From assembly GCF_009914755.1 (NCBI RefSeq), contig NC_060927.1: a DNA stretch of 64,000 bases. The stretch is one strand, 5' to 3'. The notes beneath the pieces were generated by a model, which was given only the letters and a program-made list of their open reading frames with translations, did no database searches and was not told where the DNA came from. This DNA comes from the human T2T-CHM13v2.0 reference genome, Homo sapiens. The position numbers were made by a program, and so were the translations under genes. Below are positions 39,001 to 55,365 of the stretch, piece after piece (position 1 is the stretch's first letter; the number at the start of each line of letters is the position of its first letter).

Positions 39001-40149
39001 TTCTGTTAAGCTAAAATCAACTTGAGTTTAAATCTAGTTTTTTTATAGCCTGATTTACTCATTCTTTTTACTTTCTGCCTCAGGGATCAGATTCTATATT
39101 GGTTTATTTTCAATGACCAAAAATTTAGAGAATGTTGTCAGATAGAATAGCCGAAATGTCAGTTACAATAGAGCACAGGTATTAGTTTAAAAATTTGTCT
39201 TTTGGCTTATACGGTAGGTAGTTTTAAAATAAATACATCATTTAAAGTTTGGGATATATGTGTGGGTTTATATTTTGTTTCTGTATTTTAGGATTGGCAG
39301 TCACCATATGAATGGCTTGACAGGCCCATTTTTTTAGTTCAAAATGTACATTCCTTTTGAATTACAAACTCCTTCCCTATTATTCACTATATTCTCATGT
39401 ATCTCATGTTATCTGTCTATATTGTAAAAAGCTGAAAAGAATTAAACTATTCTATCTAATGATACTTCTTTAAATTCACATAGTGTTTTAAATTAGATGA
39501 CATAAATATAAATGCAGAGATAGAGATTTTTTTTCCATTGGCCATCAAATCAAGGACATGTCTTCTTCCAACATCATCTTTTTTTTCCCCCTCTATTTCA
39601 AGTGACTCCTTTGAGGGAGTTATTTCAATGAATCATTCCATAGAACACAGCAAACTGAAACTATACCCCTGTCTTTTGGTGATCTCTTCTGGCCTAGGAA
39701 TCTAGAGACATAGCAGAAGCTCATACCATTTTATATAGTTCCAATATTGACTCCCCTGAGATTAAAGACATATCTGTCACACTCTTCTAGAATATTAGAA
39801 AATTCTGTTTATTTCAAACTCTGTCACAGCTGAGGTGGTGAAAGTATCACTCAATATGTCAGCATAAAGTTATGTTATACCTTATCAATGTACCTCCCAT
39901 CAATAAGGACATTTGGGTAAATACTTGCCACATTTTGTACATTGCGCTATGCAAACATGAAGAAATTTTGAAATAAGTTTGTAAAGTAGTTTTATCAGCT
40001 GTAAAAAAGCTATCAGGTCTCTCTATTGCTGTGGGATTCATCAGAATAAAATATTTGAACAATAAAAAAATATAGAAAAATATATTATTAAATGTCTAAT
40101 CTTAGAAATAAAATTTTCCTCATAATGTGGAATAAAACCAAAAATAAAA

Positions 40150-40400
40150 ATTCTATAAAAATGAACTCATACCCATAAAAAACACAAAACACATAAAGAT
40201 TAAACGATATGATAGAATTATTAACTAAATATAAATATATATTTATGCTTGCATAGGTGCACAGGATAAAAAGACTAAATAAAAACATAGGAAAGTATTA
40301 ATATTATGTCAGGATGATCAAATTAAGATTTTTAATTTCTACATACTTTTCTGTGTTTGCTAACATTTATAGATTGAGCATCAAATATTAGCTTTTTAAA
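40150..40400 (+). mobile_element. Ancient L1M (L1ME-like) 3' end
   Basis: TATGCTTGCATAG...AAAAAGACT...ATACTTTTCTGTGTTTGCTAACATTTTATAG pattern; very degenerate. Confidence 0.45.
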
Positions 40401-40614
40401 GTGTTAAACTATAAGAACCAATAAATTTTGATAAATCATAGCTAGCAGTTTAAGATCAAATATATAATTTGGCTGTATCAAGAATTTGATTATAGACCTG
40501 GACTAAAACCATGAAACATCACATTCCCCTTCACCTTTCTAAGAGCTAGTGTGTATGGGTGTCATTATTTCCTTGTTTTCCTTACTTTTTTTAAATCGCT
40601 GAGGTGATAACAGT

Positions 40615-40825
40615 ATATTACACTTAGCAAGCAATTCACAAACTTCCATATAGAATCATCATTCATCATTTCTAACGATTCTCCATCATTAAGCTGAAAT
40701 GTCATCCCCATTTCACAGATGAGGACTTGCCTAGGATTACCCAGCCAAGGCTCTAACCACATCTTGGAATCAAGAATTATTGACCTAAGACTGCCTGTAT
40801 CTAATGGGCATGTTTCTAATCCTCT
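40615..40825 (-). mobile_element. MIR SINE
   Basis: TCATCCCCATTTCACAGATGAGGA...TTACCCAGCC. Confidence 0.7.
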
Positions 40826-41900
40826 GCCCTGTATGCTTGCTGAAATCAATCAATACCATTTAACAAATATATGTATCAAATATTTATTGATTGAGACACT
40901 GAGAGAGAATGCAAATGCCTATTCCTTTAATATACTGTATTTTCCTAGTCTTCAGTCCCATGGCCATTCTACAGGATAGAATACTAAAATAATATAAAAT
41001 TCTCAGAGTATATCTCTGGCTTTTGACCAAAGGATTAATTTAAAGGGGAAAATAGTATGGCAGAATCCTACCAAGGGGACAGGGAATTGTTTCCTTGAAT
41101 GTGCTCAGAACGATTCCTGGCCCTACCACAATTCTTTTAGTAACTGCAGTGGTATAGACTTCTGTTTAAATATGTTAATTGACATTATAGATTTCATCCA
41201 AGAGCCATATTTGACTGGAAACCACTAGGGGTTATTAGAAAACAGATTAAACCAGTTAGTTAACTAATTTATAAACAAGACTTTGGGAATTGCCTAATCT
41301 TACTCACAGGGAAGGTAGATTAAAGAAGCACAATTCTAGCCCATATTTTCCCCATGAAATAAAATACAATACTGGTTTTCAATTATTATAAACTTCTCTG
41401 ATCTTACAGCAATGAAGTAGATTTGTGTTACCTTATGGTAGGGAATCTGCTGTGTTGTGGAAAAGACTGTTTTTATACGTGTGGAGGCTTCTTTACAAGT
41501 TAGCACAGACCTGGCACAGAACACTGTCTGGGGATTACAACTGTTGTTTGAACCAAAAGCATCTGTCTTTGCAGAGATCTCTTGGGCTATAAGCTGGTAA
41601 CTCTGTGGCCTTCCTGGGAAACCCTTTTTTTGTGAATTTCTATTGCCACAGGAAAGGCATAGAAATTCAAATTTCTCTCATTAAGCATAAGCCTGAAATA
41701 ACATAAAATAGAAGCTCCACTCTTCTTTTTCTTAAGGAAACATAGGTGCTGGGTTTTCAAAGAAGGAAGTCAAGTTCTCTAATTTCCAGACTCGTCTAAT
41801 AGGGGTCACATATATTTAATCTTTGAGTTCTTATTTTTTATTATCCTCACATTCTGGACATTTGTAAACCCTGTTATTTTTGTGTGTGTGTGCCTTGACT

Positions 41901-41977
41901 AAGGTTGTCAGATTTACCAAGTAAGAATACAAGACCCCCAGTTAAATCTGACTTCCAGATACAGATTTTTTTTTTAG
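41901..41977. mobile_element. MER53 hAT-type MITE fragment
   Basis: AGGTTGTCAGATTTACCAAGTAAGAATACAAGACCCCCAGTTAAATCTGACTTCCAGATA resembles the MER53 terminus. Confidence 0.7.
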
Positions 41978-42426
41978 TTTCTCCTCTTATTCTTTTCTTT
42001 TAAAGCCCCAATTTATTCTGCAAGACTCTGAAGAGCTATAGCCATCATCTCTGCAGACTCCCTTTGGCCAGCCTAAATCTATTTATGTTCATTACCACAA
42101 GCCGCTGTCTGAGGCCCCATCAGTGTGAGGAGAGTAACATCTGGAAGGAAGAAACACCCAAAAACGACGAGAGAAAGAAGGTGCCTAAACATTGGCTGCA
42201 CTGGTAGCTATGGTTTCTGAGCTAAAGCCTCAGACACAGATTCAAAGGGTCTCTAAAAGGAATGTTAGGGGCCACAGGGGGGAACCAATGCACTCCTTTA
42301 TTTCACTTGCATTACATCTACACAAAATCCACCTTGAATGAGATACAAGGTGCTCTAATCTTGGATTAATTCAAAATTGTGGAATTAATGGAGTTTACCT
42401 TTTCTTTCTTACAAATTCCTCCATAC

Positions 42427-42603
42427 AAGTGATTTGCAACCACGGCTGAACATTGGAATTTCCTGGATGGGAATTGCCTAAAAATACAATACTAGACCCT
42501 ACTATCTATTCTGTTTTGATTGTTCGGGGTTGGGGTTCAATCATCTGTATTTTAAAAAGCTCCCTAAATGTTTCCAGTATGCAGACAGAATGGAGAGCTA
42601 CTG
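42427..42603. mobile_element. MER5 (MER5B-like) hAT-Charlie element
   Basis: GGCTGAACATTGGAATTTCCTGG...GGGGTTGGGG...CATCTGTATTTTAAAAAGCTCCC...GAGAGCTACTG. Confidence 0.7.
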
Positions 42604-43456
42604 CCAGCCAAATTTGCTTTTCAGTTTTCAGCATCTTGTTTAGAGATGTCTATCTTCCTTCCCAAAACCCTATAATTAATACTGTTACAAAGGCAGCAAT
42701 GATGTCAATAATAACAGCATAACAGGTGCCTCATGGGCTACTGCCCACTAAAGTGAGGCAAGAGTACTATATTTCCTTAGAAATCATCCTTTCAGTTGCC
42801 TGGTCTGAGAAAATCCCATAATGAATATCCAGCGATAAGGCAGAATACATTTATTGTTGTTTTAAAGTAGAGTGTCGCAGGAAATATCTGATTAGTTTGT
42901 TAATTTCTGTCTGTAAGTATTTCTACTATTTGTAACATCTCCAAGTTTTCTATAATGTATAAAAGAAGAATTCACTAAAAGTTTAGGAAGGGAGGGAGAA
43001 AAATGAGGGAGGGAATAAAAGACACAGCAAGGGAAAAATGGACAGGAAGAAAGGTACAAGAAAGGCACGAGAAGAAACAAAAAAGAGGAAAGGATGGAGA
43101 AAGAATGTGAAAAAAGATATTAAGAAGAAATAAGGCAATTTTTCCCTTTTATTTATTCATAGTTGACTTTCTAGGGCATGCTTCTGATTCTAAATAAATA
43201 AAAGAAAAGCCAACTCAAGCAGTAAAGGGGCTCTACCTCAGTGGACGAAATTGATCTCTTTTCTACTCCTTCACCCAACTTTTTAAAAGAGTTATAGAGA
43301 AGAACTGGTGTTTAGTGTCACTAAGGTGACTTCCTGAAGGTCTTCAGCATGATTTCCGGTTCAACGGAATATCTATCCACTAGACATGTGCTAGCTCTGT
43401 CAAATGCCTAACTTCAAGCTTGGTAGACAATGTAACACATTATTCAGGATTTTTTT

Positions 43457-44842
<1,386 letters not shown>

Positions 44843-45778
44843 TAAGTTTTTATGTCCCTTGTTGAAATTTTAACATCCCTTCCAAAGGCAGAGAGGTAAA
44901 ATAGAACAATTTATACCATAACATAAAAAGATATAATGGCTATTGAAAATAATACGTTAGAAAAAGAATCATTTAAATGATTACATTAACAAAGCACAAT
45001 TAGAGCTCGGTTGGTCTCTACCCTCCCCTATAGGTTCATAAGCCCGCAGATGAGGCTCTGAATTAGGAACCAGATGTGGCAAGACTATCCTAATTATGTT
45101 TTGTTCAACTTGGCCAGGAAATGGGTCAATTACCAAGGTTTTGGGTCAGATGTCATTTTGTCTTTTTATTAATTTTATTTTTGGCTCTTCTTTCAATATA
45201 TAATGACTTTCAAAAACAGAAAGGGAAACCATTATAAAAACTTGGGTTGGAAACTCAAAAAACAAGGTTGAGAGAATCTGTTTCCTATTGAGGAACAATA
45301 ACTGGCAGAGTGGAGAGGCAGATAAAAGGGTCCATCAGTGAGTTTCATGGATGATAAAATGTAATAAGTAGCTAAATTTAATTGTTGCTTAAGAAAATAA
45401 CTACGAGCAAATTACCGTTTGCTCATTATAAATAAAGAACAAGTGTGTGTATATAAACACTTACACACGCTGACTAATATACGCAGACCAACTGGAAGCA
45501 TTTGGAGAAATATATTTTAAAAACTGAGAAAGATTCAATAGCTCTGAAAAACACAGACCAAAACTCTACTCTTAGTTGCAAGTAAGTGTTCTTGCTGGTT
45601 CTTTATTTAAAAGTAAGTAGCAGGTTACAGCTTTAATAGTAGTTCAATGTATATAAATATATATTATAAAATGTGCAACATTTTTTAAAGAGAGTGTGAA
45701 TTCAGCCATTTTAAACAAAATATTTTGTTGCTTTTATAAAGCCTTAAGTTACTATATCCTTCCAGTTATACTTACACA

Positions 45779-45779
<1 letters not shown>

Positions 45780-45822
<43 letters not shown>

Positions 45823-45836
45823 ACACACACAGAGAG
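45780..45836. repeat. Compound (CA)n/(GA)n microsatellite
   Basis: Direct reading. Confidence 0.97.
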
Positions 45837-48800
45837 CACAGCACACAGATTTCTAGGATGGGAAGATACTGTCCTGTTACAGTCAAGATTTAAGTGTCTT
45901 GAATAGAGAACAACAGAGAAGAAGCTGCCTTAACAGAATTCTATTTTAACAAGGCTTACTTCTGTCTGGGTATGCTACGTGTTACCTTAGTTCATTTGTA
46001 AAATATTCTCTACCTGGGGTCAGGCTGTATTAAAATAGACCAGAATTTCTTGATATAACTAGAACCTAGCAAACTCTGACATTTTTTTTAGAATACTTCA
46101 AATGTCACAAAACTTTTTGAAAAATATAAGTTTCTGCCAATTTCAGAAAAAAAATTAGTTTGTCTTTTGTTTAATATAAAAACCAGATAAAACTTACAGA
46201 TATAAGTTGAGTGCTAACAATAAGATATTCTGGTAGCTTAAACTGCAAATTAAAAGAGAAATTCAGGCAGCACAAAAATGTAACAATGGAAAACCAAACC
46301 AAAATTTACACAATTTCTGTGAATCCATGCTCTGATGATTTCCCCCATCTACAGACTTTCAGCATGTCCTTCAAGACTTATGATGTAATAAGAATAAAGC
46401 AGGAAGACTAAGAACAAAAATTGTGCTGGAAAGAAATCTATGAGAAATGAATTTCAGGTTTTCTGGAGAGTTCTGATTGAATGACTGCACTATATTATTA
46501 GAGTAGTTTATTATATAATTCAAGACTATATAATTACATAATTTCCAAATTAACTGTCACCAATAAAAATGCAACAATGATGAAAATGGAAATGAATTAA
46601 TTGCTATAAATTCAGATGAGTGGTTCCTATTATCCAGTGCATTCCTTCATATGCAATGGTCAAGGAGGTCATGTCTAAAGAGAATTTTGAAGTAGAACAC
46701 ATTATTTTACAAATAGCCACTAATGTTATAGCTATAACTAGTGATGGTGGACCCACAGTATCATTACTCTTCTCAAGGGATTAAAATAATGAAAGCTGAT
46801 ATTCTAATAAGGATCATTTCACAGACAACAATGTCTACTATTTACTGTCACTTAATAGAAAAGTAGTTGGTGGGCTTAATCTATTTCTCTGTAGAATGGT
46901 AATTGACAGAAAGAAACCTTGGCAGTGGTAGCAGCTAATTATTAATAAGACCATGGAAAACTGAAACAGCAACACAACTTCAGTAATTGCTAGAGAGAGA
47001 TAAATTCTCTTTCTCCAATCTACAATCTGACTTTGTAACAGTAACTTCATTGAAAATATTTCTGCAGGTCTCCAAACACACACACATACACACACACACC
47101 CCTACCTTCGTACTTTATTCACAGGTGATAGCAGCATGAACTTTGGATAGGGAAATTACAAGCAGGTGGAGAGGAACTATAGAAGATTTCACACTGTAGT
47201 AAGTGTCAAAAGTGTTTTAATTCAGGTGGGTGTACAGTAATTAATACACTTAGAGAAAAGTAATTCAAGCTCCTTCTGATAGACTAAAGCCATGTTATAA
47301 CTCAGGAAAAGGGATAATAAATGTTGTAGATTATTCTCTACAGTGATCAGCCCAATGTGTTTTTAACTGAAGTAACAAGATCCAATAAAATAATTATTTG
47401 TATTTTTTGCTGTTCAAACCATTGTAGTTGTTACACCTATAGGGCTATACATAACTTTGATCACCAAAACACAAAACAGACAAGGGAAATGAAAGATAGG
47501 AAATGAGATAACATAAATGTACAAAACCCTGGAAAGATAGTGAGCCTTGCATGCCAACCGCCAGTTATCATCTCTCTGCAAAGGCCTTTACAGAGAATGG
47601 ATTGAAGAGTTAGGTAGGAAGTCACCCCCTGATGAATCAACTCTGGCAAACACCAGAAGCGATCTATTGCAGGCATTCAGCCCTGATATCATGGCTCTTA
47701 TGAACCTATATGGGAGACCATTTATAAAACTAAGTCTCTGTGTACTTAGGAAGAGACACAAGTGAAATTTATAAAAAAGGAAGACAACTAGGAAAAATGC
47801 AGAAATAGTTACTAAATCTTAGACATAGAGATCATAAAAGTTACCACTTTGGGCTAACATTTTTTAAAAGTTCTCTTTTTCTCAATGAGTGAAATATGTG
47901 CAATTGTAGCCTTTTAGATGTAACAGAACATTCAGATATTACTAGTTCAATATCTTATTTACAGATAAGAGTGATGGGTGGTGACAAAAAAAATGCTGCA
48001 ACTGGAACCAAACTTCTAATTCTTGGTCTAGTGATTTTTCTAACAATCCACGTTGCCTCTTTTTATCCTAAAAACGTCATCAAGAGATAAAAACAAAAGT
48101 AGGTATAGAAATATCTCAAATTAATATATAGATGATAGATCTTAAATACATTGCTTAGAAGAGTAGGCTGTGGAAGTTGGTAAAAATCTACTATTTTTAG
48201 GTAAAGGATAACTGTCATGTATCATAAACCACATTTATACATTGCAGTGATACCAGACTATTAGACTTGGTATGTCATAAATCTGACATATTGCTTTCAA
48301 ATCTTTCACCATAATTTCCTTTCTAACAATTTCTCTTCCTTCCTTTCTTTGGAGTGTTATCTCACTGAGCAGTCATCTACAGATATTGACAGTCATGTTT
48401 TATCTTTTTAGTGTTGCTGTGTGTTGGCTTCCAATCAATGACATAAATTATGCTGCTATTTATGTATAGTTAGAATGACTTAATTGCCCTATTAAATATC
48501 AACATTTTTATCTTTTCATTTTTAAGCTACCAATTTACAAGAATATTTGTAAGTGGCTGCCACTGTCTTAAATTTTAGAATAATTAACAGTGACTTTTCC
48601 AGATCTAAATATTTGATAGATACCTTAAGATTCCACACTTCCTAACTTACGTGGAAGCTAAGGGAAACAAGTTTTTGAGCACATATGAAAAGATAAATTG
48701 CAACAAAATAGAGTTCAAGGAGACTGGAGATGTGTCAGAGTGCACAACTGCAGAAGTCAATATTCAGTTGTTCTAACTAACCCTGAAGGTCTCAGAACCT

Positions 48801-50744
48801 ACTGTCATCCTGGTGTTAACATAGGTTTATGAGTATCTTCCTTTTGGTTTTCTCCTGATTTGGGGAACATTTGCTTCATCTTCAGTATCAGAACGTTTTC
48901 CTCTTCTCTTTTTCCCCGCCCCCTGTCTGAAGAGGTTCCATAGTCTGGACTGCAAGTCTCCCTTATATGTTTCTCAAATCCATTACTCCTTATGTCTGTA
49001 GCCCCTATATTTAGCTTTGGCTTGTAGAACACAGATAACTAAATCCTCTTCAAATTCCTAACACTCCTCTGCTCCACCCACCTTGACCTCTTCTGTCATG
49101 TAATGCATACATGGAACATGAAAGACATTCTTGCCACTTTATCCTCTTCCTCATGCCTGGTCATGTTATAAGAACAAATAATATTTCAAAAATAGGAGGA
49201 AGTTTCAGTACATGACCTTGACTCTCCTGCTCTGAGATTAAAACATTTAATTTGTGATATCATCACCAGCTTTAAATTCTATTCTTAATCTGTTGCCTTG
49301 AATTTATTCAACATTATACCTCTCATCTACAACAACTATAATGCCCATTGTAGATTTTTATTTTTATTTCAGTTACCACATACTGCTCTATATTGTTACC
49401 ATAGCTCATGTATGTCACACTTGAAAATCCATTAAGGGTAGATTTTAGTTGACACTGCTGCACTGACAGTTATTAAAAAAATACTTATCTCCCCCCTCTA
49501 ATTTCCTGCTATCTTAACCTTATATATGTCATTTTATTTTTTTCTAGAGAGTTCATAATCTACTCTGTCCTTTTTTTTTCTTTGAAGCCACTTCCCATTA
49601 CATATTAAACCTATTATGCTTTTATTCTTTTTCATCAAAGTGCCTATCCAACTTCACATCCTCCAAGGAACCTTTCTTGTTAAGGAAGAAAGACAGGAAT
49701 TTTATTACCCCAGATAGATACAACAAACTACTCTTTTGTGATAAAACATACACATAAACACAAACACACAACCCCCTCCCCACCAGTATGAATATAAGTG
49801 TAAATGTTTCTCTTTCTACATTCCTAGAATGGGGAGAGAAACATCCTCTATGATTCATAATATGCCACTCTAACAACATGAACATCTAATGCACAACACA
49901 TAATGTCTCTGATGATAATAGAATAGCAAGTAACTTCTTAAACATAAAATGGTATTGTCAAGTCAAATACTCCTAAATCTAATCCATATTAAAAATATTT
50001 ATAACCCTGAAATATATGGGTGTTTATCTAAGTAGAATCTCCAACTTTCAGGAAACTCATTTATTTCTTACGTTTTGCCTCTGCAGAGGAGGCAATTTGT
50101 TAGGAAAGTTTCTGCAGCTGCTGAGGCTGCCATACCATTGGTACTTTCCAGATAAAGAACTGCAGCCTCTAGGGCAGTCCAAATAGCACCCTCCTCCAAT
50201 GTTAATCTCACTTCATTATCCCATTTTATAAAAGGTCACAACTCTTTTTATGTCACACTTTGGTTTGGGCACATTTTCTTACATTTAATTTGACACAATA
50301 TAAGAAATACATGATTATTCAGAGAACTCTTTCAAGCCTGTCTCAAACAAGTATAATTTATTGTCTTAATTACTGAAGAATGGGAGAATGGGTGTGCATG
50401 AAACACACAATGTTTGTTCACACAAAGTGAACTATCACTTTGTTCTCCCGGAGTTTCTGATAGGTCTCCTTACATAGAACGTAGAGCAGAAAAAAGGGGG
50501 CCCTAAATAGTATTAGAATTTAAAAGTTTCAAAAATATGTCAGATATCCAAAGAAGGAGGCATAACCAATGTCTTATGAATCTATGAAGCGAGACGTGCT
50601 AAGTTCACAGACATCTTCTGAGCAGCTGCCACATGTGAGGAACATAAAGAAGTAAAACATGCTTGTTCACAAAAAAGCATACAGCCTAGTTCAGACCGTG
50701 AATAATCATAAGAAAGATAACACTATTCAACATGCAGTCTTCAA

Positions 50745-50950
50745 AATGTTTTACCTGTTTTAATGGATTTAATCCTCACAGAATCCTAATTATGTTGGTA
50801 TGTACTGCTCTTATCCCAATTTTACCTGTGAGGAAACTGAGGCAGGTTGAGACAATAATTCGCTGACAGTCACATGTATAGATAGTACTGAAGACAAAAT
50901 TCAGACCTAGAGAGATGGGCTCTGGAGCCAATATTATTAATCACTACAAT
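50745..50950 (-). mobile_element. MIR SINE
   Basis: ATTTAATCCTCACA...TTATCCCAATTTTACCTGTGAGGAAACTGAGGC...GTCACA. Confidence 0.85.
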
Positions 50951-51913
50951 GATTGGGGTTCCAAAGGATGCTGCACTCTGGGTTTCATAGTTTGGACTGG
51001 TATAGTTAGCGCATGTAGAACAGTGTACTAATGAGAATATGTAAAAGTCAATGTTATATAAGTTCTATTGTGTTTGGCTCATTATCTCACTGTTGGGAAC
51101 TTTGCTAAAGTAGAGTAGGCATCCACCTTTTGGGAGGAGTTAAGCAATTCTACCTTTTGCCTGCTACTACTCCCATAGGAAGATCTTTTGAACCCATGTT
51201 TGATATATTTCCATTGATAGCTCATTTGTTTGCATTAAAACTAGCAATCCTGTCCTTAGGTGTTTCTTTCTAAAATAGGTGTGTTATAGTACTGAACTAG
51301 TTAACGCATATGCCCTCTTGCTCATAAGTGCAATAGCCCAGAAAAGGCAATCATTACATATTTGTTAAATGAATAAAAACAGAAATGCGACAAGAAAGTA
51401 TGTATAGAATAGATATCACCTCTACTAGATTAGTAAATAAATGTATGAAAGAGACATATCTGGTTTACATTTATACGCTAAGGACCATCATATTCCATCA
51501 TCTTACATAGGTGGAAATGCTGAAAAAAGACGATTTCACTATATAAAGGGACTTTTCCTAAAGAAGGCAAATCTGGAAATGGTATGATGGTGGGGGCATA
51601 GAATACTGGATGAAAACCGTAGACCCGCACCAAAAGTATGGGTGCAAGAGGACAGCAACAGCCTAGAGTAAACCAAAGCAAAGCCAAAGGCAAAGTATTA
51701 CTAGTAAAAGACAATTCATATTAGTCCACTGATTCTAGGTAACCTCTCGACTCCGTAGTCCTGGATGATCTTCAACTGCATTCCAGTTTTACTTCCTGTA
51801 CTTGACTAACCCCAATCTCAGTGTTCCCCAGACAGCCATCTGAAGAAAGTACCTGTTATGAACCCTATCGCCTTGAATGCCACATGGGATTTTGGGCACT
51901 GTTGCGTAGATGA

Positions 51914-51979
51914 CAGACAGGATGTGGATACCCTTTGTTCAACTGGCAGACAGGATGCGGATACTGTTTGTTCAACTGG
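51914..51979. repeat. Tandem duplication, 33 bp x 2
   Basis: CAGACAGGATG(T/C)GGATAC(CC/TG)TTTGTTCAACTGG, 3 mismatches. Confidence 0.9.
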
Positions 51980-52981
51980 TTAGACCAAGAGACAAATCAG
52001 GCATAAGTCTTAATTACTACATATATCTGCGTTTATTTCTAGGGACATAGATTATAATGCTAACTGATCATTTAGAATACATGCTTGAAGCTTTTCCTAT
52101 ACTCAAGCTGGCAAGTTCAGTTATGTTTGTACATTATTTGGCCCCACTTCATGTCTCACCTTCAAATATGTGCCCCTGTTTTGCTCTCTGTGTAGAATCA
52201 ATATGGCTACTTCCTACATTAGTTTCAACTCTGTTTGGAGATATATAATTTCCCTCTCTTTAGAAACTTTGATTAGCATGACGGTTGTAGAAGGCTGTAC
52301 CTCTTTATGTAGGATAATTATGATGCCACATATTCTCTATTCCTTTTATCTTGTACGTTAGCAGTCTCTATAGTACATATGGAAACTCACTTTGTGTCGC
52401 AGCACCAGAGAATGAAGGCATGGTTGCCGAGTAAGTGAAGAATAAAAGTGTGTTGTTCATCTGCAAATATGTGCCCTACCCTCCAATGTTTAACTGAAAT
52501 TTCCTGTGTTCGTTTTGGATAGTCTCCCAGAAAGAGCACTGCATTTGTTTTTCAGACCAATCTATCGACCCTTTCATTGTCTCTTCTAACTCATTTCCCG
52601 CAACTGTAACAGAGACAGTCAGTTCCTCTAAGAACTGAGGATTCCCAACCTTAGAGTTTTTCACTAGCCATTTTATTTTACTGCTGAATAAATATTGGTT
52701 CTGGTATTTTATACTCCTTCACTAAATTATAAAAATTTATATTCCTCTCCAGGGATTATAAATATTCTTAATAGGTCTGAAGGCATAGGTGGGTCCAATG
52801 ATTGCATTTGTTAGCCAAAAATCCTGTATATTCATTGTTTAAATATAAAAAATTAAATATTTGCAGATAAATAAATCACTGAAAAGAACAGAAGATAGTT
52901 TGTAAATTAAATCAGAGAATACCAAGTATGCAACAGAACCTAAGTTATTATGTGTAAAGGTACAAAAATAGCCATTTTAGG

Positions 52982-53162
52982 TAGTGGTTCTGAAATTTAT
53001 TTATACATCAAAATCACCTGACAGGCTATACAAAGTTACAGATTCTTGGATCCCATCCTTAGGTACACTGATTCTGAAATTCAGTGGGAAGTAATAAGAA
53101 ATCTCCCTTTTAAAGGGCATGTGATGTAATTCTAATGCAGAATTGTGTTTAGCAATCACTAC
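52982..53162. mobile_element. MER5 hAT-Charlie element
   Basis: AGTGGTTCTGAAA...CATCAAAATCACCTG...CAGATTCTTGGATCCCA...ATTCTAATGCAG...AATCACT. Confidence 0.7.
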
Positions 53163-55169
53163 TCTAAAGAAGTTTTGTGATTCTCTGATTTGCCTGTGGA
53201 ATATCTGTAGCAGGGAGCATAAAGCTTCCCAGATAGAGTGGGGAAGAACAAAATTCTAAGAAGCTACAGATTACCTGCAAAGAACTGGTTTCCAAGGAAA
53301 GGGGAGGTAAAGCCAAAATGAGAGAAAAGATTTTCTCAGATTACATTTGGGCACAAAGGAATTTTTCTTAAAATGCAATTTCCTGGCTTACATTAAGAGT
53401 GTCCTATAAAGTTAAGAGACATTCATAAAGGCTTATATTCCAACTGAAGATATTAGTCACTGACTGTGGCGTATTGTGCTATGACTGGAAGAGCTGAGTA
53501 AGCAATCATTGAGAAGGAAGGGCTGCCATGGAAGATCTGCTGTTATCAAAATATAAGCCATTCAGCAGCAGAATATTGAGGAAATGCTTTGCAAAGCCTT
53601 AGAGTGTCACTTCAAAACATAATCCTAAACCAGGTCCCTGGGATCAGTCAAATCTTGTTGAAATAGGCTGTCAACAAGGGAATATTTGTTTGCTGTTAGA
53701 ATGTTCTCATTGCTAAAATTCTCAATTTTTTACCCAAAGCCTTCATTTACATTATGCAATCCATAATGTGTAAGAAATGAAAAAAAATAATCTCAAGACT
53801 CCAAAGATCCTAAACAAGAGGAAGAACCATTATTAGTTGAAGAGCTAATCCTACACAAAATAACAAATATGAGCCTTCTACAATCATTAGGAAAAAAATG
53901 GGAAGTCAGTAACGATGTGATTACTCAACAAGTAGTTGTACCCAGAAGCAAATATGTTTAAGAGACATTTCAAATGGGACAAAGTTATTCTGTCACTAAG
54001 AGGAGCCATTCAAACCTGGGTATCAAGATAATCTGAAACTATAAGTTTGAAGAAGTTACTGTACAGGGAAGAAATTTTGAAAAATCAGGACTTTGCTACT
54101 CTGACATTGATTTATACCCTTCAAATAAAAAATACTCCATTAATTACCCAATAGAACACAGCCAAATAAAAGCCTCATGAAATGTTGCTTGAAATAATCA
54201 TGAAGAGTAGCAACAACTGCGAAATTTGGGAGAAATTTCTTTGCTTCTTTGAGCATGTCAAGGGGAGAAAAATAATCATTTGTTTCTGTACTTGTCATTA
54301 AGAACTATAGACAGTAGTTAAGTTTTAATAAGTAAGTAGTTAACATTTATGCAATGATTCATTTCTGTTAAAATATGCATCAACTGCTCCTTTATTACTT
54401 ATCATTGTCTTCACAACAGAAAATGAGGCTGAGTGGCCAGAATTGCCATTGTTTTTTAAATATTACTTTGATTTTCACTACCCAGATCTTAAATAAACAA
54501 TTATTTTCTGCATAGGAAAAATCATGATGATGAATTAACATTGGCCTTGCCTACTTGCACACTCCACATGAACTAAGCTTCAAATATCAGCTTCTGTACT
54601 TAGAAAAACACAGAGTACAGTGTGTTGGTTGGGACTGAGAGGATCATAATAATGAAAACAAACGGTCTGATCACTCCAGTTTTTTTTTTTGCCACTGCCT
54701 ATTCACAGATATTTGTAAGATGGCCAATTTGTATCTCCTGACTTTCTGTTTTATTTTCAATATGACCATGCTAAGTTACTCAAATACGTTACTAAAAATG
54801 AAAGAGGATTACTAAATAACATTGTGAAATTCAGGATTGTTTTTTATTTAATTTTTTTGAGGTGTCAAGAAATTAAGGTCTTCACCTTTTCTATATTATT
54901 TGCTTAATTGATAGGAGTTCATAGGTTTTTATTTGGGATTGTAATTTACCTACTGTTGCTAATGCTAAATATTTACATGGCATGTTCAAGTTTTTTATTT
55001 TACCTGGCTCAATAACATAGTACAATACTTTGAGCATCATCATATTATGATGTGATATCACTGGGAATTTAAGCCAAGATCTGTAGATGTGTCAAAACGT
55101 ATGTGAAGGTGTTCAGTGTGGACTGCATCCTGACACTGTGAGCCATATGCCTGCCTGGTAGAAACAACC

Positions 55170-55365
55170 CTCGATTAGAATCCAGACGGACTGCATTTAA
55201 AGCATGGTTTGTATTTTACAGGGGATTTGGACAAGTCACTTAACCTCTCTATATTTAAGTTCCCTCATGTGAAAAAGGGAGATGATAATGCCTACATCAG
55301 AGACTTGCTATGAGGATTAAGTGAAAGTGTTTTGTAAACCATCAATGGCCATATAAATACAAGGA
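55170..55365 (+). mobile_element. MIR SINE
   Basis: TTGGACAAGTCACTTAACCTCTCT...GTTCCCTCATGTGAAAAAGGGAGATGATAATGCCTAC...TGAGGATTAA. Confidence 0.85.

Noticed and set aside
42006-42208. Strong acceptor followed by one open frame of about 66 codons
   Set aside because: Only weak donors follow (AAG|GTGCCT, CTG|GTAGCT) and the peptide is not recognisable
50416-50443. Short hairpins with 8-9-bp arms (also 31216-31241, 32823-32844)
   Set aside because: Arms this short are expected several times by chance in 64 kb of AT-rich DNA; too small for pre-miRNA
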